64,000 nucleotides of DNA from Octopus bimaculoides (taxonomy: Eukaryota), in contig NC_068981.1 in NCBI RefSeq assembly GCF_001194135.2, forward strand, positions 53,852,210 to 53,916,209, written 5' to 3'. Every line of letters starts with the position of its first letter. Positions within the stretch are counted from its first letter, which is position 1. Position numbers and translations under genes: made by a program. Shown in pieces: positions 36,491 to 49,989 of the stretch. The notes below the pieces were generated by a model, which searched no databases, was not told the origin of the DNA, and worked only from the letters and a program-made list of their open reading frames with translations.

Positions 36491-39400
36491 TCCACTCTCT
36501 GTGCTTATGTGAATATGTGAATTACTCTGCTCACATTGTACGATATAGTTTTTTTTATCATTCATTTGTGTATATTATTTTTGTTACTGTATCTATTCCT
36601 AAACGTTTATGTGTACTTGGAATCTAATTCTGGGATGCTACTAGGTTAATTTTTTTCTTCTCCTCAGCTCCTACATTGAATCTAGGAATTGTTTCTATAA
36701 AAGCTTCTAATTGACTACCTTCATGTTCTTTTACTCTTTTACTTGTTGCAGTCATTAGATCGCGACTATGCTGGGGCACCATCTTGAAGGGATTACTCGA
36801 TCAAATCGACCCCAATGCTTGGTTTTAAATCTAATATTTATTCTATCGCCTCTGGAGAACCGCTAAGTTACAGAGACATAAACAAACAGACACCGGTTAA
36901 GTTGTAGAAACCAAATATGGACATGCAATTACAAATGCACGTCCACAACGGACTTCTGCTTAGTTTCCGTCTTCCAAATCCACTCACAAGTTACTGGTCA
37001 GCCAAGGTCTATAGTAGCAGACACTTGCTCAAGGTGCCGCACAGTGGCATTGGACCCCAAATCACGTGGTTGTGAAGGGAGTTTATATTTGCACCTATAA
37101 AAACATCGGCTACGAGAATCGTAAACCATATCTGTGATTAACCGTATCGCCATGCTAACCACTATGCCAAGGCAACAACACATATAGGCCTTCAGTAATC
37201 CATATGAAAGTGCCTACTTATTGTTTTTCTAATGCATTCTTAGCCATCCCAACTTAGTTAATGTAGTGCACATTATAAATATGAAGAACTTTTCCATCCA
37301 AATTGTATAGATTGATATCTGGCTTTCACTTTCTGTTTTTAGCAAAAATTGTCATTTTCTCAGTTTCATAACATGTCCGTAGATCATAGTGTTATTCAGT
37401 GTACTGTGTCTCCATGAGTCTCTGAGTAATAGTCGGTAAAATTTTTTATTCCATTCAAACCATGCTTAAAGTTTCGTAATAGATTACTTTGTATAATATT
37501 TGGTTGGCTTTTCATTCCTCTAAGTGCCAATAAAATACTACTGTCTTGATATCAAATATATCTTTTCTTTAGAAAAAATGGGAGTCTAGTGTCTCGTAAA
37601 AATAAATTATGTTTATTAGTAACATTACTTAGTATCAGAGATCTTTTTACGTGATTGCAACTCGCTTAATTTGACCGCTTTGTTATCTTCAGCAATTCTG
37701 ATAACAGTTTACAGACTCAAGCCATTACAGTGATTTTACGCTTATTATTTTACCCAGCATGCATGCCGATAGAAATAGTACATTTATTTCCTTTCAATCT
37801 ATCTATACCCTTAGAAATACGTACGTACGTTCATACATACAAATAATAAGGATATTTTCTAACGCAATCAATATGGAATTCATACAATGCCATAGAAACA
37901 CTAGTGTAGTGAGGTTGATCAGAATTTGTTGCTGTATCACCATGATGTAGGCAACTGATTTATCAGTCTATAGAGAATTTCATGTTCGTTACTTGTACTT
38001 CTTTCTGTTTCTATTCGTCCGCTCTGCTTTTACACAAATGCATGCATGCATACATACATACATACATACATACGTACATACATACATACATACATACAGT
38101 TTACTGTTTCATTATAGGTAGGATCAACAAAAAAAAAAGTACTCCATCCACTGACAGATAACTATCATTTAATAAACAAAAGATATATTTTATGGATATC
38201 CTTAGTAGAATAGGTGTGTTTGTTTCAACACAATACATCAGTGCCTTTGATATTTGTCAGTGATATTCGGAAGAGAATTTCTATGTTCTTAACAGTTGAG
38301 CAGTATTTTATCTTTATTGCCACATAAATTAAGTAGAAGAGCTGCCATTGCTAATTCAGTTAGTGTTAGAAATTCTGATTTCCCTTTCAACTATTCAAAA
38401 AAAAACAAAAAAAACTGTTAGAATTTGTTTTTCAAAATTCGTGATCAATATTTGAATCGTACGACAGCTTAGCAAATTATTCTTGAAACTTCAGAAAATG
38501 ACGTTTCATGTTTCACCAATTCTATTGCTACAACGAATAGAATTTAGACCGATTTCATTGTCCATGTCTTATTGTTATGTTCAAACTGCAAATGGAACTA
38601 GTACCATGGTTGTATGGTAAGAAGTTCGCTTACAAACATTGGGTTCCTGGTTCAGTTCCACTGCGCGGCATCTTGAGTAAGTGTTTTCTACAATAACCCC
38701 GGGCCAACCAATACCTCGTGGGTTAAATTTCGGAGACAGAAACTGTGTGAAAGTCCGTCACACACATACATATATATATACATACATACATATATATGTC
38801 CTGTACCCAGATATGCACCTATACATACAGGTGGATGTCGGTATGCACATACCTGTACGTATATATGCATATACTCATTTACTATTTGTTTTTACATGAT
38901 TGAACGCAGCATCTTCCAAATGTAAGTAGTTTTCGTAACTCATATCCTCCGACGCTACTCTATCTCTTTCTCTTTCCTCTCCCCCCGTTCTTCCTCTGTA
39001 CTACTACGTATCTCGCTTTACCCCTCTCGTTCTTCCTCTGTTACTACTACGTATCTCTTTTTTCCCCCTCGTTTTTCCTCTCTTTNNNNNNNNNNNNNNN
39101 NNNNNNNNNNNNNNNNNNNNNNNNNNNNNNNNNNNNNNNNNNNNNNNNNNNNNNNNNNNNNNNNNNNNNNNNNNNNNNNNNNNNNNNNNNNNNNNNNNNN
39201 NNNNNNNNNNNNNNNNNNNNNNNNNNNNNNNNNNNNNNNNNNNNNNNNNNNNNNNNNNNNNNNNNNNNNNNNNNNNNNNNNNNNNNNNNNNNNNNNNNNN
39301 NNNNNNNNNNNNNNNNNNNNNNNNNNNNNNNNNNNNNNNNNNNNNNNNNNNNNNNNNNNNNNNNNNNNNNNNNNNNNNNNNNNNNNNNNNNNNNNNNNNN

Positions 39401-39611
39401 NNNNNNNNNNNNNNNNNNNNNNNNNNNNNNNNNNNNNNNNNNNNNNNNNNNNNNNNNNNNNNNNNNNNNNNNNNNNNNNNNNNNNNNNNNNNNNNNNNNN
39501 CATATATATGTCCTGTACCCAGATATGCACCTATACATACAGGTGGATGTCGGTATGCACATACCTGTACGTATATATGCATATACTCATTTACTATATA
39601 TATATATATAT

Positions 39612-41420
39612 AATGATAATAATCGTTTCTACTATAGGCTAGTTGATTTCATCGAACCCAGAGATGAAGTTGTACTTATTTCATCGACCCCGAATGCAGA
39701 AAGAATGAAGACAAATTTCATTTCGGTGACATTTGAACTCAGAACGTGTGTCTGATATGCTAACGATTCTGCCGACTCGCTGCTAAATAATAATACTTTC
39801 TACTATAGGTACAAGGCCTTAAATTGTGGCGGAGTGGGCTAGTCGATTACATCGACCCCAGTGTGTCACTGGTACTTAATTTATCGAACCCAAAAAGATG
39901 AAAGGCAAAGTCGACCTCGGCGGAATTTGAACTCAGAACGTAACGGCAGACGAAATACCATCAAACATACGTAAGATTGAGTGACTAGATATAAACAATC
40001 TTTCATGTTTTGTTTTATTCTCCGGAATTACTGGTATTGTGCTAAAAGTTTAAATCAACATTAATTGGCCGAAATAAGGTGGTGAGCTGGCAGAATCATA
40101 AGTACGGCGGGCAAAAAAATGCTTAGCGTTATTTCGTCCGTCTTTGCGTTCTGAGTTCAAATTCTGCAGAGGTCAACTTTGCCTTTCATGCTTTCAACGT
40201 CGATATATTGGGGTCATGTATTGGGGTCGAATGTAATTAACTTACCCTTTACTCGCAATTGCTGGCCTTGTGCCAAAATTAGAAACCAATATTAATTAGT
40301 CGAAAATGTTATTCTGACATAGCCATTATATTGAAGTCAACTTTTGGCACAAGGCCAGCAGTTTTATATCGACCATATCGTCCAATGTTCAATTGCTACT
40401 TATTTTATCGAACCCGAAAGAATGAATGGCAAAGTCGACTTCGGCGGAATTTGAACGTAAGGAGCAGGAAGAAATGCCGCAAAACATTTTTTCAGATCCT
40501 CTAACGATTCAACCAGGTCACCGCGTTGACACTGCTCAATTAATCCTGAAATTTTGGAGAAGGGCGAAAGATGATTGCATTGACCTCAGTGCTTGACTAA
40601 TATTTAATTTATCCATTCCAAAAGGATGAAAGGCAAAGTCGACCTCGGCGGAATTTCAGCTCAGAACATAAAAAAGGAACGAAACATCTCTAAGCATTTT
40701 CTCCGGTGCGATTACGATTCTGACAGCTCGCAGCCGTAAGATTGCCTAATTAATGGTTTCAGATTTTGGCACAGGTCCAGCAATTTCGGGGGAAGAGCTA
40801 TGTCGATTACATTGACCCGAGTATTCAACAGTTTACTTATTTTATTGACCCCCGAAAAAATGAAAGGCAACGTCAGCGGAATTTGAACTCAAAACATAAA
40901 GATGGACAAAATACCGTTAAGTAGTTTGTCCAATGCGGTAACGAGTCAGCCAGTTCACCGTCTTGTCAGTACTTGATTAAAGAAATGACTTATGTGCAAG
41001 TCTAATGGCGATCAACCCGTGGTCAGCAATTTTTGTTGAGTATATAACTTTGTTCATTTTTAAGAGAGGATTTGTTAAAATTGTAAAAGAAAGAGTGCGA
41101 TAGTTGAAGTTAGAGAAGCATTGTAATATAGTATACTGCAGTTGGCTTCACTTTGGTTTCGTGCTCTCAACTCCTGATAGAGTCAGAGGCGCCGTCATGG
41201 CACACGATGTGCCTTAGGTATTTTTGGACGGACCGCTTCACTTTTTTGGACCTGACCATAGTCGGTTTTTGCTTGAAAAAAAGAAAGATACTGCATTTAT
41301 CGACTCTGAAAGGATGAAATGCAATGTTGAACTCAGTGGGATTTTAACCCCTGACGCAGAGTAAAATATCGCAAAGCTATCTATCCGACGCTCTACCGTC
41401 TCGGCCAAGTTACCGTCTCG
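39612..41420. mobile_element. Cluster of about 7 SINE family A copies in both orientations
   Basis: Repeated core gtcgacctcggcggaatttgaactcagaacg at about 39720, 39910, 40140 (+), 40432, 40638, 40870 and 41325. Confidence 0.85.
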
Positions 41421-43304
41421 TATCGTACATCACATACAATCGAGGGTTCAATGAGACCCAGGCTAGCACAAAACCGAGCTTCCTGTCCTTGTTTGCTCTC
41501 TACAAATAATCTAACACCATCCCATCATTGTACAAGATCAATACTTTTATTATCCAGTAATGAGACCTCCAAGATCAATAGCTAGAAATTCTTCAGTCGT
41601 TACTGCTTGAAATAGCAGGCGAACCTCCCTCAAATCAAACCCGACTGTCCCTAAAAAATCACGCTGGGCAACGTTATATGTGTGTGTGTGTGTGTAAATA
41701 TAAACAAGATAGTCATGATGACTGGAATGTCTTTGATCACAGATTTGCTCGATCAAGTTTGACTTGGGTCTAAACAACAACAACAACAGTTTCCTGTTTG
41801 TAATAGACGGATATTGACACATCAAAAGTGCAGACCCCGATTTAAAACTACTTTAGAAAAAGCAAAGAAAATTCTATAAAAAGGAGAAGACAACTGACGC
41901 CAAGTCACTGCAGCTTCCCATAGTTGCAAACTTATTTATTCGCACGTAAAAACTTAATTGTACCAAAAAAGCGAATTCTAAAATCCCTATATTTCGAGAG
42001 TCATTGTTATTTTTGTTGTTGTTGTTGTTTAGATCCAGGCCAGCTTTGATCGAGCAAATCTATTATCAAAGGCATTCCATCTATGGCCATCTCTCTGATT
42101 GTGTGTGTGTGTGTGTGTGTGTGTGAGTGCGTACAGAGAATCCAAGAACATGCTTTTCAACATGTTCTTTTCTAAGACAGGACAATGGAAGTGTGGGGCT
42201 GAGAGATTTGGCTGCTATTTCAAGTAGGTCCGAGTAGCCACGTAGAGGCTCTCTTTTTATTGTTATTATTTTGTGCTTCCACCTCACCCCACCTCACCCA
42301 CTCCGATCAGCTTTCATTGAGCATCCCTACGAGGGAAGGCGTTCCATCTATGGCCATTGTGTCTTTTCCCCTAGCACAGTGCATCAATGACAATCTGTCC
42401 TTCTTTTCTAAGACGATTAGGTGTGATTGGAGGAAACTTAGCCGCAGTTTTTGGTACGTCTATTGACTACGGTGTAACTCCATTGTAAGGCCGTCTTGAA
42501 AGCATTATACCCCCTGCTTCCCGATCAAAGCAATGCACTGGAGACCCTACACACACAACCACAGCATACCTAGATTAGCATTGGATCCCTTCACTCTTGG
42601 TTCCCACTTTGGTGATTGTCTCTTATGCCCATGCCTTAAGACGGTACTGTCCCCTAGTTGTCTAATTTTCTCTCGTTACTTACGAGTTGCCTTGATAGAG
42701 CTGATCAAAAGAGTTCCAGCTGTTGCAACACTGTCATATTTTCAGGAACAGTGCCTCTAAGAATATATTTTACAATGTCCCCTTCCTTCCGTTTAAGACA
42801 GTAGAATGTAATTTGAGGGAAATTCGCCTATTTTTCTAATAAATCGAATGACTGGATAGCAACTCACTCCACTGGGGCACTTTTATTTTTTCATCTAGTC
42901 TTTATCATAGGCAGTTTATGGAATAGTACTGATCTTGTTATTTGTAATTCTTTACCACACAACCTACAAAACAAGGACGACTCCAAAACGCAGTGCACAA
43001 GTTAACACGTCAAATACATAACTAAACAGAACTACAGCGAGTATTCTCGGTACTAAACCTAGAGGAACAGTGTAATAAATCGTTACCAAGGCTGGTTATA
43101 CTGTACCAATCGTACAAATATAAGATCATGACCATAACCACACTAAAAAGTGGACAGTGGCTAAAACTGCATCTAGACCATTTCCTTTCTGTAAATTGAA
43201 CACTGATTAATCTTGACCGCTGGTATAAAAATTATTTTCTTGTTGGTATTTGTATAAATTTGTAATCTGCATAACAACAACAACAACAACAACAACAACA
43301 ATAA

Positions 43305-44050
43305 TAATAATACTTTCTACTATAAGCACAAGGTCTGAAATTTTGGGTGAGGGGATAAGTCGATCACATCGATCCCAGTGCGTAACTAGAACTATTTCAT
43401 CGCCCTCGAAAGGATGAAAGGCAAAATCGACCTCGGTGGAATTTTAACTCAGAACGTAGCGACAGACGAAATTCCGATAAGTATTTCACCTGACGTGCTA
43501 ACGATTCTTCAAGCTCGCCGTCTTTAATAATAACGATGATAATAATAATACTTTCTACTATAGGCACATGGCCTGAAATTTTTGGGGGAGGGGGATTAGT
43601 CGATTACATCGACCCCAGTGCTCAGCTGGTACTTATTTCATCGACCTCGGAAAGATGAAAGACAAAGTCGACCTCGGCTGAATTTGAACTCAGAACGTAC
43701 AGACGGGTGAAATACAGCTAAGCATTTTGCCCGGCGTGCTAACGGTTCTGCCAACTCGCTGTCTTTAATAATATTTTCTACTCTAGGCACAAGGCCTGAA
43801 ATTTTGGGGGAGGAGGGGCAGTCGATTAGATGGACCCTAGTACGCAACTGGTACTTAATTCATCAACCCCGAAAGAACGAAAGGCAAAGTCAACCTCGGT
43901 GGAATTTGAACTCAGAATGTAGACAGATGAAATACCGCTAAGCATTTCGCCCGGCGTGCTAACGGTTCTGCTAGTTCACCGCCTTTAATATTAATAATAA
44001 CAACAACAACAATAATAATAATAATAATAATAATAAAATAATAATAATAA
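43305..44050 (-). mobile_element. Three head-to-tail SINE family A copies separated by (TAA)n
   Basis: Units 43305-43527, 43545-43767 and 43770-43988 each start (on plus) with taataat actttctactataggcacaaggcctgaaattt. Confidence 0.9.
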
Positions 44051-44936
44051 GTGGGGACAGAATATAAAACAGAAACAAACTACACTGGTACAGTGATCTC
44101 AGATCATAGTAGAAATGGTCAAAGTGACGAAAACAAAATAAAAACAAACAAAAAAAAATAGCAACATGAAACAGAACTACAAAATATACTAAAGAAGAAA
44201 TGGAGAGAAATTAAAATGGCAAGGAAATAATTTGTCATGACCTTCATTAAGCTTACTGCTGTTTCTGCTATAAGATGCAATACACTCATAGTTGAGTGCT
44301 TGAGTATCACCGTATAGCTTCATCGGAACTTCAAAAAACAACCGTAAGCTAATGAAGTTCATGGCATAATTTCTCATTACTGCGCTCGCGCGTGTGTAAA
44401 TATGTATATAACATCAGTGCTGTTCCCTGCATAACTGCAAGACGTGGAAAACATCATATACAAATGAATGTAAATAACCCGATTTTAAAAAATAAGTCTT
44501 ATCTTTATGAGAGACAGCTGGAAAGATTGCACATACATGCTATATGTATCCTACTTCAATTATAATCTTTTATTTTAAAAATTAGGTGCCAAAGTTTGAA
44601 TATCAGGAGTCGCTTCTAGTATACCTATATGCATACATAACTAAAGACACACATGCACACACACACATACATTCGCGCGAACATACACACGCATGCACGC
44701 AAACACACTCACACAAATATATATCATTGTATCACTGTATCAACCGGACTATCAGATGTTTTAGACATCGATGGTCACAATGCGCTTCCAATCCTTTCCT
44801 GTGCCATTCTTTTTCGTTTACCTAGTCGTCTTCTCGTCATCGTGGAGCCCTTCCGAATAGCCTTTTTCCGATCTCTTGGATACCACTTGGCAACTGCACG
44901 GGTCTGTGAACCTTGCGACACACAAGCACGCGCGCG

Positions 44937-44999
<63 letters not shown>

Positions 45000-45408
45000 N
45001 NNNNNNNNNNNNNNNNNNNNNNNNNNNNNNNNNNNNNNNNNNNNNNNNNNNNNNNNNNNNNNNNNNNNNNNNNNNNNNNNNNNNNNNNNNNNNNNNNNNN
45101 NNNNNNNNNNNNNNNNNNNNNNNNNNNNNNNNNNNNNNNNNNNNNNNNNNNNNNNNNNNNNNNNNNNNNNNNNNNNNNNNNNNNNNNNNNNNNNNNNNNN
45201 NNNNNNNNNNNNNNNNNNNNNNNNNNNNNNNNNNNNNNNNNNNNNNNNNNNNNNNNNNNNNNNNNNNNNNNNNNNNNNNNNNNNNNNNNNNNNNNNNNNN
45301 NNNNNNNNNNNNNNNNNNNNNNNNNNNNNNNNNNNNNNNNNNNNNNNNNNNNNNNNNNNNNNNNNNNNNNNNNNNNNNNNNNNNNNNNNNNNNNNNNNNN
45401 NNNNNNNN

Positions 45409-45451
<43 letters not shown>

Positions 45452-46559
45452 TCACACACACAGAGATGTGTATACACACGCTAGTGCGCGCACTCATGCA
45501 CTAACACCCGTACATCTATAAATACGAAGGTAGAAACGTAAATACTTAGCAAAGTCAGTTAACATATAATCTATCAAATAAGTAGGACACCAAAGATTTA
45601 TAAAGAAATCGGAACCTTTGAAGCTTTGTTTTTTTCTATTTTTTGTCAAGGGTATTAATGACATTAGTGACGCAGTTCCGACTGACAATCGAAATCATCT
45701 AAGCTGAATATTTAACGTATCACAATATGCGTATATACGCGTGTAGGATATTATTGACGTTAACGAAAATAGGCTAGATTAGGCGTAGATTAATTGGCTT
45801 TAAATTAACTTACCTACTGTTGACATCTGTTTGTAGCAACATTATCAATATGTAGCCCCACTATATGACCTCACATAACTGAGCGAAGTGAAAGTTGACT
45901 ACGATTCCAATTTGCTGTTTATAGCAGTTAGTTGTGTCCCGTTTCGTTTTATGTTCGAATCTTGTCAGGCTTGATATTGCCCTTCATCCTTTGTGGGTTG
46001 ATAAAATAGCAAACACCCAATCACGTACTGATGCTCGTTTAAAATTGTGACTTTGTACTGATGTTTGAAATTATGATTTATTTAAAAGATAGTCATTAAT
46101 GTTGTTTTTTTTATTAATTTTAAATTTCTTCAAATTATTTCTTTCCCTTCTTTGTATATCACTATCAACTGCTGTTAGGTTCTTGCTTTCTTTGTCTCTC
46201 AAGGCGGCTAATTTCAATTCATCGATAATTTTCTTCTTCCTTCCTATTTTTTGCGTTTGTCATTGAGTGTAACATCACCTGCTTCAGTGTACGTTTTATA
46301 GACGAGTCTAAAATTATGAGAAACGTCCTCGTTTTTATTAGAAGCATAACAAGCTTGATATAAATTGGCTTTAACCAGCAGTCGGGGAAAATTCGCTGAG
46401 AAGTGGGGATTACCTTTTGCTGGACAACATTTGACACACCCTAATCGCACTGTCAACGTCAATTCAGTGTTAATTGCAAACGTTGTAGAACAAGCAACAA
46501 CCCCTCACCGAGCTGAGACGGCAACGCGGTTTCACTCCACGAAATGTCTTACTCCCGCC

Positions 46560-47700
46560 TCACTACACCACCTTAAAATGCAATGCTTTAACGTGCAAGG
46601 AAAGAAAGAAAGAAAGAAACGGCTTCTGTGTGTTATTGCTAATATACCAGTCAATCAAGTGTACGGAATCTTTTGCAATCCTCAACTCTTTACATCAAAT
46701 AATTTCGCCCTCCTATACGCATTCCTGACAGACATACATTCCAAACATTCTTGATCTTGTTCTCACCTTCAATCCCAACCTCTACCAGATCACTACCATC
46801 TACACTCCTATATTGGATCGTCCAGTACCTACCTTATCGCGACTATCCAACATATATCCATACGTTACGCAATACCTCCACCTCCCGAACCCAGTAGAAT
46901 TTCGAGCCAGCAGAATGGACATAAATTTATCAGTTCTGTGCTAACTATCCTTGAGCGTACAAGTACTTCACTTCTGAACATCAGAAACAGCTGAATGTGT
47001 GACTAAAACCGTCATATTAAACATACTCCTTCACATACCACATACAACAAGAGCTCCTTTCAAATCCCTGAGTGGTTCACTCATAGCTACACTGCAGCAG
47101 TTTGAAAAGAAGAAAAAGAAACCGGCGGTCTACAATGCATAAAGAAAATTACCCATCCTACAAAACGGACACCTTCTTACCCAACACCGTAACTTTTACA
47201 AGATCATCATCCAAACCCCGAAGAATCTCTCCGTGACTCGCAATTCCTTTAACCTAACCTGCATCCAGTACTGCAGCTAATTATTTTGATCTCTTGTTAA
47301 AAAATCTCTAACAACTTTACAGAAACCTCTTTTCCTCCACTACCCAAACATGATGGGTCTATGAGCTCTACTGATCACGGAGAAGGCCTCGGCATTTGCT
47401 GCCCACTTTTCATCCAATTCCATACCAAACACTGTAAATCTTCTCAAAGCTATCTCCTACTCCATTAAATTCACTGCCATGCAAACGCACACACCACGAG
47501 ATATAGCATTAAACACATTCTGAAACGAAGGCACAACAACTTAGTCTCTTCCAATTGCTCAAAGATACAATGTTTACGCATATCAGAGAAACAGTTTAAT
47601 ACCTCATCCTCTCAAGTCTTGAACAACACATAACTAAAGCGCTCAAAATATCTACAAATGCTAGGTGGTGTTTCTGTTACAGACACGTAAATCCTACATT
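46560..47700 (+). mobile_element. Highly decayed retroelement-like fragment
   Basis: C-rich, strand-biased sequence with QCFNVQGK (APE endonuclease N-terminal-like) and fragmentary motifs; many stops. Confidence 0.3.
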
Positions 47701-48370
47701 GCGTCAGAAAGTTGACGATTCGCCTGATTAGCCACAGATACGTGGTTTCCTCTCTTGCAAGATGGAGCAAACTTGTTCAATAATAATCGTTAATACAGAC
47801 TACAGCAATAGCAGTTAAATTTGTGCCAATCAGCGAGGTAGAACTACATATCATATAACATCCTTCTGCTAAGTGGAAGTCTATAAAAAATGTCTAAAAA
47901 ACGAAAACCACATGTTAACTCAAATTCATTTCATCTATAAAATCCCATATTGTTTTGACATTAAAATTGAAAACTGAATTTGATGAGAACCACGATGGAA
48001 TTTTTTTGTATTCGAACATTGTCCATGACCCCTGATGAACGGTGAATCCACACGACTTGATAGGTGGGAAATCAAACCGATATTCAGTTATTGAAGTTAA
48101 AATGCATTACCACTCAGCTATCATTTGATATAAATAATTATAATATTACCATAGCGCTACTGTAACCTTGTTACAGGCCATTAACATCCAAGCCAGGCTT
48201 TATGAAATAAAATCATTGGTGCGTTGTTTGCAACTTTTCCTCTAACATTGTGTGTGCGCATATGTAGCATGTATAAGTATGTATGTGTGTATGTGTGCAT
48301 GTAAGTGTACATGTATGTGCGCGCGGGCGTATGTGTGTGTGCGAGCGTGTGTGTATGAGTGTGTGTGTGT

Positions 48371-48417
<47 letters not shown>

Positions 48418-49036
48418 NNNNNNNNNNNNNNNNNNNNNNNNNNNNNNNNNNNNNNNNNNNNNNNNNNNNNNNNNNNNNNNNNNNNNNNNNNNNNNNNNNN
48501 NNNNNNNNNNNNNNNNNNNNNNNNNNNNNNNNNNNNNNNNNNNNNNNNNNNNNNNNNNNNNNNNNNNNNNNNNNNNNNNNNNNNNNNNNNNNNNNNNNNN
48601 NNNNNNNNNNNNNNNNNNNNNNNNNNNNNNNNNNNNNNNNNNNNNNNNNNNNNNNNNNNNNNNNNNNNNNNNNNNNNNNNNNNNNNNNNNNNNNNNNNNN
48701 NNNNNNNNNNNNNNNNNNNNNNNNNNNNNNNNNNNNNNNNNNNNNNNNNNNNNNNNNNNNNNNNNNNNNNNNNNNNNNNNNNNNNNNNNNNNNNNNNNNN
48801 NNNNNNNNNNNNNNNNNNNNNNNNNNNNNNNNNNNNNNNNNNNNNNNNTAAATTGTAATAAGGAGGAGGAAAAACAGATTTAAAAAAACAGTTCGAAATT
48901 CTTCTTTTAAGTGAAACCAGCTGAATGGATTGTAGCTTTCATGTTAAAAAAATCATCTTTCCATATTTTTACTCAAGCAAGTATTAAGGCGAATACACAC
49001 ACACACATACACACACACACACATACACACACACAC

Positions 49037-49070
<34 letters not shown>

Positions 49071-49792
49071 AATATATGCGTGTCTAAAACAGAAAGAAGA
49101 AAAAAAAACGTTCGAGTTGCGATAGACTATATTGATGGAAGTGTTATATATAATATTCTAAGGAAACTGTTTGATATCTCGAGCAAATAAGGTCACATTT
49201 TCTTTTTAAATCTGAAGAGGAAACGCAGAAAGAAAGCTACGGAAGCCAAATATAAACTACACACACACACACACACACGCGCGCATGCATACACATACAT
49301 ACCTGTATTCATGCACGCCTACATATATATATACTCATATCTAAATAGTCTAATATATTTTAATCCCAATAAATGAATGTATCCTATATTACTTTACATC
49401 AAAAGAAAACTTGTACCGCCCAAAATATTGAAATGTTAGGTCATCATATACATATATACACACACACATTATTTCCACCCCTCTTCCTCTTCCTCTAACG
49501 AACATTGCTAATCCAACGTCTGCATTTTAGAACGTCTATCCGTTTAGATTCTACTATATTTTTCCTCACTCTTTGAATATGAAAAGCGGATGCTTTCTTC
49601 TAGAAAGATGTAAGTCAAGTATGTTGTAAGTCTCTTTTTCAATCTTGGAAACATGAGTTCGTATTCCGTCTTTGGAATTATATCTTTTGAACTCTACTCT
49701 AGAGAATCATTAAAATTGATACTAATTTTTACCAGTCCACATACATATTTTTTCTGTGTGTGTATACGTGCGCGCACGCGCATACGCACGCA

Positions 49793-49835
<43 letters not shown>

Positions 49836-49989
49836 CCGCTCTTTGCTCGGCGATATGATGACACCGGGAAAGAGACTTGGTAACTATAGATTGAGAAGCT
49901 GCTGTGGGTCGCAGAAGAGAAGAAAAGACTAAAGAGATGAAACAGAGAGAAGGCCCGATATAAATCGGTTACGGTGGTGCTCAAGAACG

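Noticed and set aside
43305-43988. Regularly spaced repeats that superficially resemble a CRISPR-like or tandem ncRNA array
   Set aside because: Units are about 220-bp SINE copies with (TAA)n tails and no unique spacers; the context is eukaryotic.
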